Positions 35,755 to 46,204 of a stretch of DNA of 64,000 bases are shown in pieces. The notes under the pieces were generated by a model that was not told where the DNA came from, made no database searches, and saw nothing but the letters and a program-made list of their open reading frames with translations. Every line of letters begins with the position of its first letter. Positions within the stretch are counted from its first letter, which is position 1. Location of the stretch: the NCBI GenBank assembly GCA_964563385.1, contig CAZLVV010000002.1:154-64153 (forward strand), given 5' to 3'. The position numbers and the translations under genes are program-made. Origin of the DNA: an uncultured Gammaproteobacteria bacterium (GTDB lineage Bacteria; Patescibacteriota; Patescibacteriia; 2-12-FULL-60-25).

Positions 35755-36317
35755 ATTTTTTTACACAATTCACAGTATATACAATTGTGGCATTTAGTTT
35801 TGTTTGTATTATAATTAGTTATAAACGGATCAAATTCGCGTATGGCTTTTAATGTGCAATTAAATTTTTCTTTTATTTCATTATCAACTTTAACTTCAAA
35901 TGTTTTGTTATCAATTAGCGAGTGAATAAACATTGCTTTAATCTCATATCCCATTTCTTCCATGCATAATTTTTGCGCGTATAACTGAAAAATATACCCA
36001 TCATAAACATGATTTACTTTTCTTTTTCTCTCAACTAATCGTTTAGTCTTTTTATCGTAAATATCAATCTTGCCAATTATTCCATATTGCTCAGAAAACA
36101 CTTCCAACCCCTGTAAACAGTCTTTCTCTGATGAGTATTTTTTTGCGTCAATACTTTCATGCGCTATAGCGCCTGCAATTTGAGGTTTTGCCTTATATTC
36201 ATTATGATCAAAGCTTTCATAAACAGCATGAAAATATAATGAATACGGACAAAAAACATAATCATTTATTTTAGATATTTGAATATAATCATACATAAAC
36301 AACCATATCCTATGCAT
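35751..36317 (-). CDS. cas4: CRISPR-associated RecB-like exonuclease Cas4
   Basis: 188 aa. N-terminal Cys (VFCPYSLYF), IGKIDIY...ERKRK (D...ExK), FQLYAQ (QxxxY) and C-terminal CHNCIYCELC Fe-S cysteines. 4-nt overlap with cas1. Confidence 0.9.
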   Translation of the reverse strand: MHRIWLFMYDYIQISKINDYVFCPYSLYFHAVYESFDHNEYKAKPQIAGAIAHESIDAKKYSSEKDCLQGLEVFSEQYGIIGKIDIYDKKTKRLVERKRKVNHVYDGYIFQLYAQKLCMEEMGYEIKAMFIHSLIDNKTFEVKVDNEIKEKFNCTLKAIREFDPFITNYNTNKTKCHNCIYCELCKKI

Positions 36318-36352
36318 GATTTAATCATTTTGTCTAGATGTTAAGGTTAAAA

Positions 36353-39300
36353 TTACCCTACCTTGTTACTTTTTTGCGCAAAATTATCCCATTCTGTATC
36401 GCTTATATTTATATTTAAATCTTTCCAAGATAATTTGTTGCAATTACCTTGTTTATTCGCATGATCCGTAATTTTTTGCAAAATAATAATGCCTTTTCTT
36501 GCAATATTATACGCGCCATTATCATCTCCATTTTTTGGAAGTTCTTTTCCAAATTTTTCAGGATTTCGGCTATCAAAAAATGGCTTCACGGGAGAAAGAA
36601 TAAAATCATCTTTACATTCATGCTTAGCCTGTTCACTATCATCGGTATTACGTATTTGACAGATTAAATTAAAAAAGAAAATTAGATGCTCAAAAAACTT
36701 TTCATTTCCTTTTGTTTCTAGTTTTTCAATCTGAGCTTTAATATCATCATTAATATTTATTCCATACTTTTCAAAAAGCTCCTTCAAATTAGCAGGTTTT
36801 GAGCTTTTGAGATTTATATTCTCTACTTTACCATCGGTTAAATTAAAATAATGAGTATATCCACCAATATTATTATTCAAGCTTTTATTCCATTTAAATC
36901 GCTCTACATTCGAGCACACAGTCCAAACTGTATTCTTTGGATATTCTTTTAGTTCTTGAAACTTTTTAATATCATATTCAAATTCAAACATTCCATTTAC
37001 AAAATCAATACGAGAAAATTTTAAAATATCTCTTTTGGCCTTTTCTGCGTTTGAGTATCTCAAATATAAATTTGGCCTCCATCCGGTTAATGGATCAATC
37101 TTAGAAGTATAGGATGCTTTAGTGTAAAAAATTATTCCTGTTTGCTTTCCCATATCTTTAAAAGAAGTAAAAGGAGCAGAAAGTTGATATGCATTAAACA
37201 AATGTCCTGCTTGTTCTGGATCTTTTTCTTCTTTATTTATTAAATAACTCAATTTATCAATAAGAGCTTTTTCAAGTTGTTGATACACGCTTTTTTCAAT
37301 ACCTCCTCGAATTTGCTTAAAACGCATATTAAGATCTTCAAAAACGATAATAGCATTATATTGGATGGCAAGTTCCGCTAACTTATGCACTACTTGAGAG
37401 ATATAACCTTTTTTGAGGTCTTTAATCCCTTCCACAGCTTGCCAGTCTTTCCGCTCTTGCAAGCGTTTTTCAGCCTTTACTTCTAATTTTTGATGATAAT
37501 CAATTGCCTTTCCTTTTTCATCCTTTCCTACTAAATTCAAACTCCCACTATCAAGAATTTCTCCCTTTTGATTAATGACAGAAAAGTATGCCAAATTTTT
37601 CTCACCCCTATCCACTCCAATAATATTTACATTAGAATTTTTTGCCAAAAATAAATTGAGGTTAGGGTTAAGCTTAAAATATCTAGCTTCATCTTTAGTT
37701 CTATTAAGCGTAATTTTAACATGAAAAAAGATTTTATCATCTTTATAACGTTTATGATTCACAACTTCTTTTCCTTTTTTATCTTTTTTTGTGCCCAATT
37801 TTTGAACATCTGTTTTTGGTCGATAAAAAATTTCCGCCTGCCCATCGAGTTTTATAGGAAAATTAAGAGAGCTATTTTCTGTAGAAAAAAGCGATTCAAA
37901 ATAAAGTGTATGCAAATTCTTTGTCCCTGTAGATCCTTTATTCCAATCTTTATTATTAATTTGAAAGAGATAAAGTTTTTTTATTTTAAAATCACATTTT
38001 GTATTTTTAAAAATTTTATAGATTCCCCTATAAAGATACTCGGCTGATATAGATTCAAAAAAAATTCTATAAAAAGATCCTTTCTTTATTTCAAGGGCTA
38101 ATTCCTTCGCTGTTTCGTATTCATTATCTTCAATTTTTTTTATAAATTTAGAAAATTCAGGGAAAAATTGTACTCGTGTTTCTAAAACTTGTTTCATTCT
38201 TTGCAGAAGCTCTATATCATTCAATTTTTCCCGATCTTCTGAATATTTGTTTCCAAAAAGACCTTTATAAACTGAACCATAAAGAGTTTTTCCATCAATT
38301 TGCTTATAAACCATTTTTTCAAAATCTTCTCCATCATCTTTATATGCTTCCGGAAACTTTAATTTATCGAATAAGGTAGGAAAATCCGTAATTCCCAAAA
38401 AATAATCTCGTTTATTTCTAAAAATAAAACTGCAATATTGCGTATTACCCTCTGGGCTATCAGGCCATCCTTTCGCAAGATTCGCTTTTTCAAAATTTAA
38501 TTTCCATTTTTCCAAATCATATGTTTTTTTTGTTAAATAATTACGTAGTTTGTTATACACCTGAACAATCTCTTCATAAGCATTTTTATAAAATTGCAAA
38601 TATCCATTTATAGGATCCGTATAAAAAACATCAAGCTTATATTCAGTGTTCCATCTTCGCTTTTTCTCTACAGAAAAATATTTTGCCATTTGATAAATAG
38701 TCAAAACAGAATCAGCATAATCTTTAATTGCAACTTTTGCTTTTGAATCTATTTTCAAATCTTCAATCAATCTTTTCAAATCCTCTTGAAAAACAGAATA
38801 TCCTATTTTTTTATTATTAATTTCTCTTTCAAAAAGAGAAGAAAATTCATAATTTAAAATAGCTAAAAATTGCTCCCAAAGCGTTCTTTCTTCAAATTTT
38901 AAAACCTCATAATATCTTTCTTTCCAAAATTTTAGCGCAACTACTGTTTGCGAATCATTTATTTTCATTGCTTTTACGGCTTCTACTTCTATTGCTTCTA
39001 AAGCGTTTTTTATATGACAAAGCGCAAAAAAATCAGGAAACGAATATCCTCCTTCCTTCTGTTTAGCCTTTTCAGCAGAAGATGTAACAATATTAGCCTC
39101 TTTAAGAACCTTATAAAGAGAGTCTTCAAAACCATCTGTTTCACTTGTCCATTTACGCGAAATTGTATTAAAAGCTTCTTTAGAAAAATAAATTTCCTCT
39201 AAATTATAATTTTCTTGATGTTCTACAAAATCAATAAAAAGCTTTCTTAAAATTATTATTCTTTTTTCCGCCTGATGTGAAAATTCTTTCAATACATTAA

Positions 39301-40285
39301 AAAATTCTTCATCATCTTTAATTTCATCAATTAAAAATTTTTCTTTTTCACCAAGGATTTGATTATCCAAAGCAATAAAAAACGGTAATTTTTCATTTTT
39401 TTGTTGTCTATGAAGGTTAATGCATTCATTAAGCCCTTTTTTCTTTTCTCCATTTGGCAAGGTTTCTCCGCCTATAATTTTATTGTAAAAATCAATTCCA
39501 TCCTGAAGCAAACAAGAATTATAAAAATCTAAAGAAAAAATTTCAGAAAGAGCTTTTTCAAAATTATGCTCAACTTCCGTAAAATCCACTTTGTCTCGCA
39601 AACTTTCAAAAATCAAAATATTTGCGCAAAATCTCTTCAAGCTATCATTAATAATACGTGTTGCCAAAGCATAAGCGGTGCCATTATCTTTATAAAAGTT
39701 TTTTCGAGTTTCAAAAAATTTATCAAAATAACCAGTAAAACCTTTCCAACTACTAAAAACAGAAACCAGTTTTCCCGTTGATTCATCTAAAATTTCTACC
39801 GGAATAATTTCTCCATCTTTTTGTATGGGGTCATTCTGATATCTTTCTTTTAAAATAGATTCAAATACAGCCTCCTCAAAAAGAATCTCAATATCCTTAT
39901 TTTTTAAACCCTTATATTTTTTTGCCCAAAGCTCACCCTGTTTATCAAAAAATTTTACCACCTCTTTTCTTAATTTTCGCTCCTCATTTTTAAGTTTTTC
40001 ATCATTTTCCTTTTTATCAATTTTCCATTTTTTAAAAATTTCTAAATACACCTCAAGCTCTGACAATTTAACTCCTTGAAGCGCCTCACGAACAAACTCT
40101 CTATGAAGACGGTCAAAATATGATTTTGTTATTTCGTATTTTCTCTGAATCGCTTTATCTTTTTCAAAAATTTTAGCATCTTCGAGCATTTTTTGTGTAT
40201 TGCCCACCGGTTTCAATTCAAATTTTAAAGTTTTACTCAAAGAATATAGATTCGTAAGGTCGCTAAAAATATTACTTGAAGACAT
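36353..40285 (-). CDS. cas12a: class 2 type V-A effector nuclease Cas12a (Cpf1)
   Basis: 1310 aa. N-terminal LTNLYSLSKTLKFELKPVGNT. RuvC-I IIGVDRGEKNLAY, RuvC-II AIIVFEDLN, Nuc-like ICQIRNTDD...FILSPV, RuvC-III GDDNGAYNIARKG. No HNH insert. Sits directly upstream of cas4-cas1-cas2 and the array. Confidence 0.92.
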   Translation of the reverse strand: MSSSNIFSDLTNLYSLSKTLKFELKPVGNTQKMLEDAKIFEKDKAIQRKYEITKSYFDRLHREFVREALQGVKLSELEVYLEIFKKWKIDKKENDEKLKNEERKLRKEVVKFFDKQGELWAKKYKGLKNKDIEILFEEAVFESILKERYQNDPIQKDGEIIPVEILDESTGKLVSVFSSWKGFTGYFDKFFETRKNFYKDNGTAYALATRIINDSLKRFCANILIFESLRDKVDFTEVEHNFEKALSEIFSLDFYNSCLLQDGIDFYNKIIGGETLPNGEKKKGLNECINLHRQQKNEKLPFFIALDNQILGEKEKFLIDEIKDDEEFFNVLKEFSHQAEKRIIILRKLFIDFVEHQENYNLEEIYFSKEAFNTISRKWTSETDGFEDSLYKVLKEANIVTSSAEKAKQKEGGYSFPDFFALCHIKNALEAIEVEAVKAMKINDSQTVVALKFWKERYYEVLKFEERTLWEQFLAILNYEFSSLFEREINNKKIGYSVFQEDLKRLIEDLKIDSKAKVAIKDYADSVLTIYQMAKYFSVEKKRRWNTEYKLDVFYTDPINGYLQFYKNAYEEIVQVYNKLRNYLTKKTYDLEKWKLNFEKANLAKGWPDSPEGNTQYCSFIFRNKRDYFLGITDFPTLFDKLKFPEAYKDDGEDFEKMVYKQIDGKTLYGSVYKGLFGNKYSEDREKLNDIELLQRMKQVLETRVQFFPEFSKFIKKIEDNEYETAKELALEIKKGSFYRIFFESISAEYLYRGIYKIFKNTKCDFKIKKLYLFQINNKDWNKGSTGTKNLHTLYFESLFSTENSSLNFPIKLDGQAEIFYRPKTDVQKLGTKKDKKGKEVVNHKRYKDDKIFFHVKITLNRTKDEARYFKLNPNLNLFLAKNSNVNIIGVDRGEKNLAYFSVINQKGEILDSGSLNLVGKDEKGKAIDYHQKLEVKAEKRLQERKDWQAVEGIKDLKKGYISQVVHKLAELAIQYNAIIVFEDLNMRFKQIRGGIEKSVYQQLEKALIDKLSYLINKEEKDPEQAGHLFNAYQLSAPFTSFKDMGKQTGIIFYTKASYTSKIDPLTGWRPNLYLRYSNAEKAKRDILKFSRIDFVNGMFEFEYDIKKFQELKEYPKNTVWTVCSNVERFKWNKSLNNNIGGYTHYFNLTDGKVENINLKSSKPANLKELFEKYGININDDIKAQIEKLETKGNEKFFEHLIFFFNLICQIRNTDDSEQAKHECKDDFILSPVKPFFDSRNPEKFGKELPKNGDDNGAYNIARKGIIILQKITDHANKQGNCNKLSWKDLNINISDTEWDNFAQKSNKVG

Positions 40286-40398
40286 ATTATTTTTTAAAAT
40301 TTATATCCTAATTTATCAAATATATTTATATATTTATAAAATTTTATCTTTTTATAAATGCATCTTATAAAGAGATAAAATATCTCATCAAATAAAAA

Positions 40399-42840
40399 CT
40401 ATCTCAACTCCGCTTCAAATTTTTCTTTACAAGCCAACAAAACATCATTAATCACTCCATCAATCTCTTGTGAGGTAAGCGTTTTCTCCATTGAACCGAT
40501 GGTTAAATGCATGGCAATAGATTTTTTATTTTCCGCAATTCCTTTGCCTGCATAAGTATCAAACCATTCAACATTCAAAACTTTTTCATTTGCCCTAAGT
40601 ATTGTTAATTCAATATCACGATATTCAATATCTTTACATACAACTATAGCCAAATCACGCTTGGATTCCGGATAAGGCATTGGCGCAACATAAGATTTAT
40701 GAGTTTTAGCAAATTTTATTATATTTCGTAATTCTAATTGAGCGACGCCAACACGAGATTCAATTTTAAACGCTTCTGTGTACTTTGGAGAAATCTCGCC
40801 CACAGTAGCAAGCAATATATCATCTTTAAAAACCTGCGCTCCACGTCCTGGATGCCAAACATCATCTTTGGATTCACGTTTCCATCTAATATCTTTAATA
40901 TCCAATGTATCAAATATATACTCAACCATGCCCTTAACTTCACGCCATGGTGTATCATTTTTGTAATCAATGTAACCAATAACACATTGTGGAGATTCAT
41001 CAGGCAAATTATCCCAATTACCCTTTTTTCCATCTTTCCTCAAATACACATTAGAACACTCAAATAATCTTAAAACATCTACTCGCCCTTGATTGTTAGC
41101 AACAGCTTCAAGAAGTTGCGGAATTAATGAAGGCCTCATTACTTCCAAATCAACCGTCAAAGGATTTTGAACGTGTAATAATTCCCTAGAATCAAAACCA
41201 GATTTTGCCAATAAATCCTTAGATATAAACGAATATCCATAAAGCTCCGTATATCCAGCACCCACTAAAAGATTTTTTATTTTATCTTCCCAAATAATAA
41301 TAGCATCAGATTTTCGAGGAGAAATATCCATCGGTATTTTTGCCGGAATTTTTCCATATCCATAAACTCGCGCTATTTCTTCCACTAAATCCCTGCTCGT
41401 CTCAATATCATGATCCCTCCACCAAGGAACTTCTGCTGTCAATTTATTTCCTAAATTTTTAATTTTAAACCCAAGATGTTTCAAAATATCAATCATTTCT
41501 TTCTTAGGAATTTCGATTCCAATCAAATCATTTATTTCATTTGTTGTTATAGAAAAAGACTCAGATTTATATTTCTTTGTTTGTATGTCCACCGGAGCTC
41601 CTACGAGCTCACCGCCAGCCAGCTCTTTAACAAGCTCAATAGCTCGAGCCATGGCCGATTCTGGCCCTATTTGCGACAATCCTTTTTCAAATCTCAATTG
41701 CGAATCAGATTGCAACAACAATTTACGTGATCCTTTTCGCACCACTACCGGATCAAAAGTCGCGGCCTCCAAAATTATATTTACAGTTTTTTCAGTTGAC
41801 CCAGTCTCTTCTCCGCCCATTATACCCGCAACAGCTATCGGCTTTTCCGTGTCAGCGATAACCAAAATACTATCAAGCAAATCATAATTCTTTCCATCCA
41901 AAGCTAAAATCTTCTCGCCCCTTTTAGCATAACGAACATGTATCGTATCGCCTGCCAGTCTATCAGCGTCAAAAACATGCATAGGTTGCCCGGTTTCGTA
42001 CATCACGTAGTTGGTAATATCAACCAAATTATTAATCGGTCGAATACCAGCAGATAGCAATCTGCGCTTCAGCCACCACGGCGATGGCCCAACCCTAACC
42101 CCATCTATCCTTGTTCCAATATATCTCGAACATGCATCTTTAGCATCTATAACCACTTTTAATTTCTCATTCTTTAACACAGGTTGCGGAATAAGTTTCT
42201 TAGGATGATAATTAAACGGTGCCCCACAAATCACAGAAGCCTCTCGCGCCACTCCCACCATCCCCATGCAATCCGGACGATTTGAGGTAACTTCAATATC
42301 CATAATCACATCGCTTGCCAAACCCAAAACCTGAGCCAAAGGCGTGCCAAGATTAACTTTTATATCTGGAATTTCCTTACTCAAATCCAATACTTCACGA
42401 TCATCTTTAACCGGAAAGGCTTCCTCTAAACCAATCTCACCGGACGCGCAAATCATGCCCTCGCTCTTTTCACCACGAATTTCTGTTGACTTAAGTTCGA
42501 TCAAATCCCCCTCCCCATGCCAACGCACCTTAGCGCCAGGCATGGCCACAGCAACCATCTGACCTTCATACAAATTAGAACCTCCACAAACAATACGACT
42601 TAATTTTTTATCCTTATTCAGCATTCCTAAATCAACATCAACGAGCTTAAGCTTATCAGCCTTGGGATGATTAATAATCTTATTGATTTTACCCACATAA
42701 ATACCATCCAAATCAACTGTAGCCGGTAAAATTTTTTCCACCGATGGCCCGCAAAGCGAAATCTTGCTTGCAAATTCTTCCGGTGTTTGTTTTAAACTGA
42801 CATATTCCTTAAGCCAGTCGTAAGATACTAGTAAATTCAT
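40399..42840 (-). CDS. pheT: phenylalanine--tRNA ligase beta subunit
   Basis: 813 aa. N-terminal MNLLVSYDWLKEY, tRNA-binding (OB) domain, B3/4, B5 and C-terminal FDX-ACB-type region. Downstream of pheS. Confidence 0.93.
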   Translation of the reverse strand: MNLLVSYDWLKEYVSLKQTPEEFASKISLCGPSVEKILPATVDLDGIYVGKINKIINHPKADKLKLVDVDLGMLNKDKKLSRIVCGGSNLYEGQMVAVAMPGAKVRWHGEGDLIELKSTEIRGEKSEGMICASGEIGLEEAFPVKDDREVLDLSKEIPDIKVNLGTPLAQVLGLASDVIMDIEVTSNRPDCMGMVGVAREASVICGAPFNYHPKKLIPQPVLKNEKLKVVIDAKDACSRYIGTRIDGVRVGPSPWWLKRRLLSAGIRPINNLVDITNYVMYETGQPMHVFDADRLAGDTIHVRYAKRGEKILALDGKNYDLLDSILVIADTEKPIAVAGIMGGEETGSTEKTVNIILEAATFDPVVVRKGSRKLLLQSDSQLRFEKGLSQIGPESAMARAIELVKELAGGELVGAPVDIQTKKYKSESFSITTNEINDLIGIEIPKKEMIDILKHLGFKIKNLGNKLTAEVPWWRDHDIETSRDLVEEIARVYGYGKIPAKIPMDISPRKSDAIIIWEDKIKNLLVGAGYTELYGYSFISKDLLAKSGFDSRELLHVQNPLTVDLEVMRPSLIPQLLEAVANNQGRVDVLRLFECSNVYLRKDGKKGNWDNLPDESPQCVIGYIDYKNDTPWREVKGMVEYIFDTLDIKDIRWKRESKDDVWHPGRGAQVFKDDILLATVGEISPKYTEAFKIESRVGVAQLELRNIIKFAKTHKSYVAPMPYPESKRDLAIVVCKDIEYRDIELTILRANEKVLNVEWFDTYAGKGIAENKKSIAMHLTIGSMEKTLTSQEIDGVINDVLLACKEKFEAELR

Positions 42841-42947
42841 ATTAAATTAAATCAAACATTTCAAAAAATAACATAGTCATTCATTATCCACTAAATACTT
42901 CAAACTAACTAACAATATTTTAACGGATTTTGATAGATTTTTAGACA

Positions 42948-44012
42948 TTAAAATTGCTTCAAAAATCTAATATCATTTTGATAAAGAATACGAATATCAT
43001 CCAATTGCGTGCCCTCTTTCATCATAGCAACTCTTTCAATACCCCAACCAAAAGCAAAACCCGAATATTTCTTAGGATCCACGCCCGAAGCTTTAAGTAC
43101 ATTTGGATGCACCATGCCAGACCCACCAATTTCTAACCATCCCCGCTTGCAAACTTTACATTTTTTGCCATTAACTATTCCAGTAGCTCCGCAAACTCCA
43201 CAGGAAATATCGACTTCAAAAGAAGGCTCGGTAAATCTAAAATGATGCGGACGGATGCGTGAAATTCTGCCCGAACCAAAAAACTGCTCCGCAAAATAAT
43301 CCAAAATACCGCGTAAATGTGTAAGATTAACGCCCTTATCTACATATAATCCTTCAAACTGATGAAACATAGGCGCATGCGTAACATCAGACTGTCTACG
43401 ATAGCATTTAGCAATATTTAGCATTCTAATCGGAAACTCTCCACGTTCCAACTCATGCGCTTGCGCATTTGATGTATGTGGCGTCAAAACCATTTTACCC
43501 TCTTTTTGTTTATCCGATGAAACCGCATCCATAAAAAACGTCTCCCAATCATCTCGCGCCGGATGATCAGGAGGCATATTAAGCGATTCAAACGCATACC
43601 AGTCCCAATCAACTTCGGGATAGCGAGTACGATAAAATCCGATACGCTCAAAAATAGCCGTAATCTCCCTAATGGTTTGTGTAAGCAAATGAAAATGACC
43701 TTCAGCCGGACGATTTCCAGGCTCTGTCATGTCCGCGCGTTCAGTTTCAACAAGCTTAGCAAAACGATTATCCATCAATTCTTTGCGTCTCTTTTCCAAC
43801 AAATCCAATCCTGCTTGCTTTACATCATTGGCAAGGGCTCCCAAAACTGGCCTCTCTTCAGTAGGAACAGTAGCCAGCTCTTTTAACATTGCGGTTAACT
43901 CGCCTTTGCGCCCCAAATATTTAATCTCAAGTTTATCTAAATCTTCAAGCGTCTCTGCTCCGCCAATTTCTTTAAATATTTCTAGTCTTAAGGCTTCTAA
44001 TTGATTTTTCAT
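42948..44012 (-). CDS. pheS: phenylalanine--tRNA ligase alpha subunit
   Basis: 354 aa. Class II motifs (HPARDDWETFF, FRFTEPSFEVD, GSGMVHPNVL, GFAFGWGIERVAMM). Confidence 0.93.
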   Translation of the reverse strand: MKNQLEALRLEIFKEIGGAETLEDLDKLEIKYLGRKGELTAMLKELATVPTEERPVLGALANDVKQAGLDLLEKRRKELMDNRFAKLVETERADMTEPGNRPAEGHFHLLTQTIREITAIFERIGFYRTRYPEVDWDWYAFESLNMPPDHPARDDWETFFMDAVSSDKQKEGKMVLTPHTSNAQAHELERGEFPIRMLNIAKCYRRQSDVTHAPMFHQFEGLYVDKGVNLTHLRGILDYFAEQFFGSGRISRIRPHHFRFTEPSFEVDISCGVCGATGIVNGKKCKVCKRGWLEIGGSGMVHPNVLKASGVDPKKYSGFAFGWGIERVAMMKEGTQLDDIRILYQNDIRFLKQF

Positions 44013-44085
44013 ATCTTATTTTACGTCAAACATCTAACAATTTAGCAATAAATATTTGATCTTAAACTTTTACATTTAACGATAA

Positions 44086-45246
44086 TTATATTCCTATAAG
44101 ATTTTTAATCCCTCCCATAATAGCTCCACCATATTTAACCAAATCCCTAAAAGTTACTAAAATAACTAAAAGAATCAGTGATAAAAAAGCAATTTGATGA
44201 ATCATGGCTTCTAATTTCGGGCGCAATGCTTTGCGACGAACTTTTTCTATAAGCAAAAACACCACCCTGCCTCCATCCAATGCCGGAATTGGTAAAAAAT
44301 TGATCACAGCAAGATTAATCGAAAGAACTGCCATGAATTGTAATAATGGAACAACTCCTTGTTTAGCAAATTGACCAGTTAATATCGCTATACCAACCGG
44401 ACCAGAAACATTTTCATCAACTCCATTAAATGTAACAATATCTTTAATGATTCCCGCAAAAGCAAATAAAATCATTTTTGTATATGTATAAGTCGTAATT
44501 CCGGCTTGCCAAACAGCTTGATACCAAGCAAACTTAACAATACCCACATCTGCCATGGCCACCCCTATACCCGCTTTATTTATTTCCGGAATAAATGTTG
44601 GATTCAATTGTATTGCTTTTTCCAATTCATCACGCTTAATAATCATTTCAAATGAATTTTCACCCTGTTCTCCGATCAACCTTACCGCATCCGGATAATC
44701 AATCGGAGTTTGCCCTGCTATTTTAATAATTTGATCTCCGGCCATTAAACCCGCCTTTTCAGCCGGTTGATCTTTTAAAGTCTGCGTAATATTGATCGTT
44801 TTATCTTCTATAACCGCTCCTTTTGGCAAATCTTCCAAAATCGTCGGCACGCCCAGCATAAAAATTAAGGCAAATAAAACAAAAGCCAAAAACCAATTCA
44901 TGGTTACTCCGGCCGCAAGAATTATAATACGTTTCCAAATTGCAACCGCATGAAATGAATCCGAATCATTTACATCATCATCCGGATTTTCTCCCTTAAT
45001 TCTAACAAAACCGCCAAATGGAAGCCAATTTACTGACCAAATAGTATTTTTATACTTTGTTTCATCTTTGCGACTAACGTATTTCCACTTGCCATCAACT
45101 TTCACAAACCCAAAAATACGTGGAGGAAATCCATAGCCGAATTCTTCAGCTTTAACTTTAAAAAGTCTTGCGGCTAAAAAGTGCCCAGCTTCATGAATAA
45201 GCACCAAAACCGACAAAACCAAAAGAAATATGATAAATACAGTCAT
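44086..45246 (-). CDS. rseP: RIP metalloprotease RseP (site-2 protease, M50) with PDZ domain
   Basis: 386 aa. HEAGHFLAARLF (HExxH) in TM1, PDZ segment (AEKAGLMAGDQIIKIAG), and NFLPIPALDGG near the C-terminus. Confidence 0.87.
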   Translation of the reverse strand: MTVFIIFLLVLSVLVLIHEAGHFLAARLFKVKAEEFGYGFPPRIFGFVKVDGKWKYVSRKDETKYKNTIWSVNWLPFGGFVRIKGENPDDDVNDSDSFHAVAIWKRIIILAAGVTMNWFLAFVLFALIFMLGVPTILEDLPKGAVIEDKTINITQTLKDQPAEKAGLMAGDQIIKIAGQTPIDYPDAVRLIGEQGENSFEMIIKRDELEKAIQLNPTFIPEINKAGIGVAMADVGIVKFAWYQAVWQAGITTYTYTKMILFAFAGIIKDIVTFNGVDENVSGPVGIAILTGQFAKQGVVPLLQFMAVLSINLAVINFLPIPALDGGRVVFLLIEKVRRKALRPKLEAMIHQIAFLSLILLVILVTFRDLVKYGGAIMGGIKNLIGI

Positions 45247-45345
45247 GCGAGTATGTTACTTAAATAATAAGGTTTTGTGAAGAGTGAAAAACCTATTTTT
45301 GAGGTAATTTAAATATAATTGATTCATGTCGTAAAAACTAAAATC

Positions 45346-46125
45346 CTACAAAACAACCTTTTTTACTTTAATATTAACTTTTAGCCATTTCGCAATCAAA
45401 GCATCCAAATGCGTCGATGTATCTGTAAATAAAATCTCTTGTTTCCGATCCACTGTGGTTGTAAATAAATTCGGATATAATTCGAACGCCTTATCAATCA
45501 CAGCCTCTGCGGAGTTAATAATTTTAACTTTCTTACCCATAAATCTCTCAATCAAAGGCTGTAAAAACGGATAATGTGTGCATCCTAAAATCAATGATTT
45601 CACATTTTTTTGCCTCAAAGGAGTTAAATATCTGCGAATCATAATCTTTGTTACCTGGTCATCAATCAATCCTTCTTCAACCAAGGGCACAAAAAGAGGA
45701 CAAGCTTTTTGATAAACCTTAATTTTTGGATTTAAATTTTTTAAGATCTGTTCATAAATTCCCGATCCCACTGTTGCGCGAGTTCCCGTTATTCCAACCG
45801 AAGTTTTACTATGATCTACGGCTAATCTTACTGCAGGTTCAATCACTCCCAAAAACGATACTTCAGGAAATGTGGCTCTCAATTTATCCATCGCCAAAGA
45901 GCTAACCGTATTGCAAGCAATTATAACTAATTTCGCCCCTTTATTTATTACAAACCTTGCATCTTCCACCGCGTACTTCTCTACCGTCTCCTTACTTTTA
46001 TTTCCATACGGATATCGCGCCGTATCGCCAAGATACACAAAACTTACATCCGGATATTTTTTTAAAAGCTCACGCACTATTGTCAATCCCCCCACCCCCG
46101 AATCAAATAAACCAATCATATTCAT
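45346..46125 (-). CDS. murI: glutamate racemase
   Basis: 259 aa. GLFDSGVGGLTI, IIACNTVS and LGCTHYP catalytic Cys motifs. Confidence 0.88.
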   Translation of the reverse strand: MNMIGLFDSGVGGLTIVRELLKKYPDVSFVYLGDTARYPYGNKSKETVEKYAVEDARFVINKGAKLVIIACNTVSSLAMDKLRATFPEVSFLGVIEPAVRLAVDHSKTSVGITGTRATVGSGIYEQILKNLNPKIKVYQKACPLFVPLVEEGLIDDQVTKIMIRRYLTPLRQKNVKSLILGCTHYPFLQPLIERFMGKKVKIINSAEAVIDKAFELYPNLFTTTVDRKQEILFTDTSTHLDALIAKWLKVNIKVKKVVL

Positions 46126-46204
46126 GCCTCACTTGCATTTAGCAAAATAATATTAAAACTAAAATAAATAATAAAATCTATCTCTCTTCACATTCTACTA
46201 TTTG

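Noticed and set aside
40372-40386. Small palindrome GAGATA-AAA-TATCTC between pheT and cas12a, considered as a terminator or operator
   Set aside because: It has only a 6-bp A/T-rich stem with a 3-nt loop and no convincing U-tract, so it is too weak to call. I also could not assign a confident -35/-10 pair for cas12a in 40286-40398.
30071-40398. CRISPR-associated transposon or other mobile-element context for the cas locus
   Set aside because: No transposase, TnsB/TnsC/TniQ, integrase or terminal inverted repeats were seen. The effector has an intact RuvC triad and adaptation genes, unlike the transposon-associated type V-K systems.
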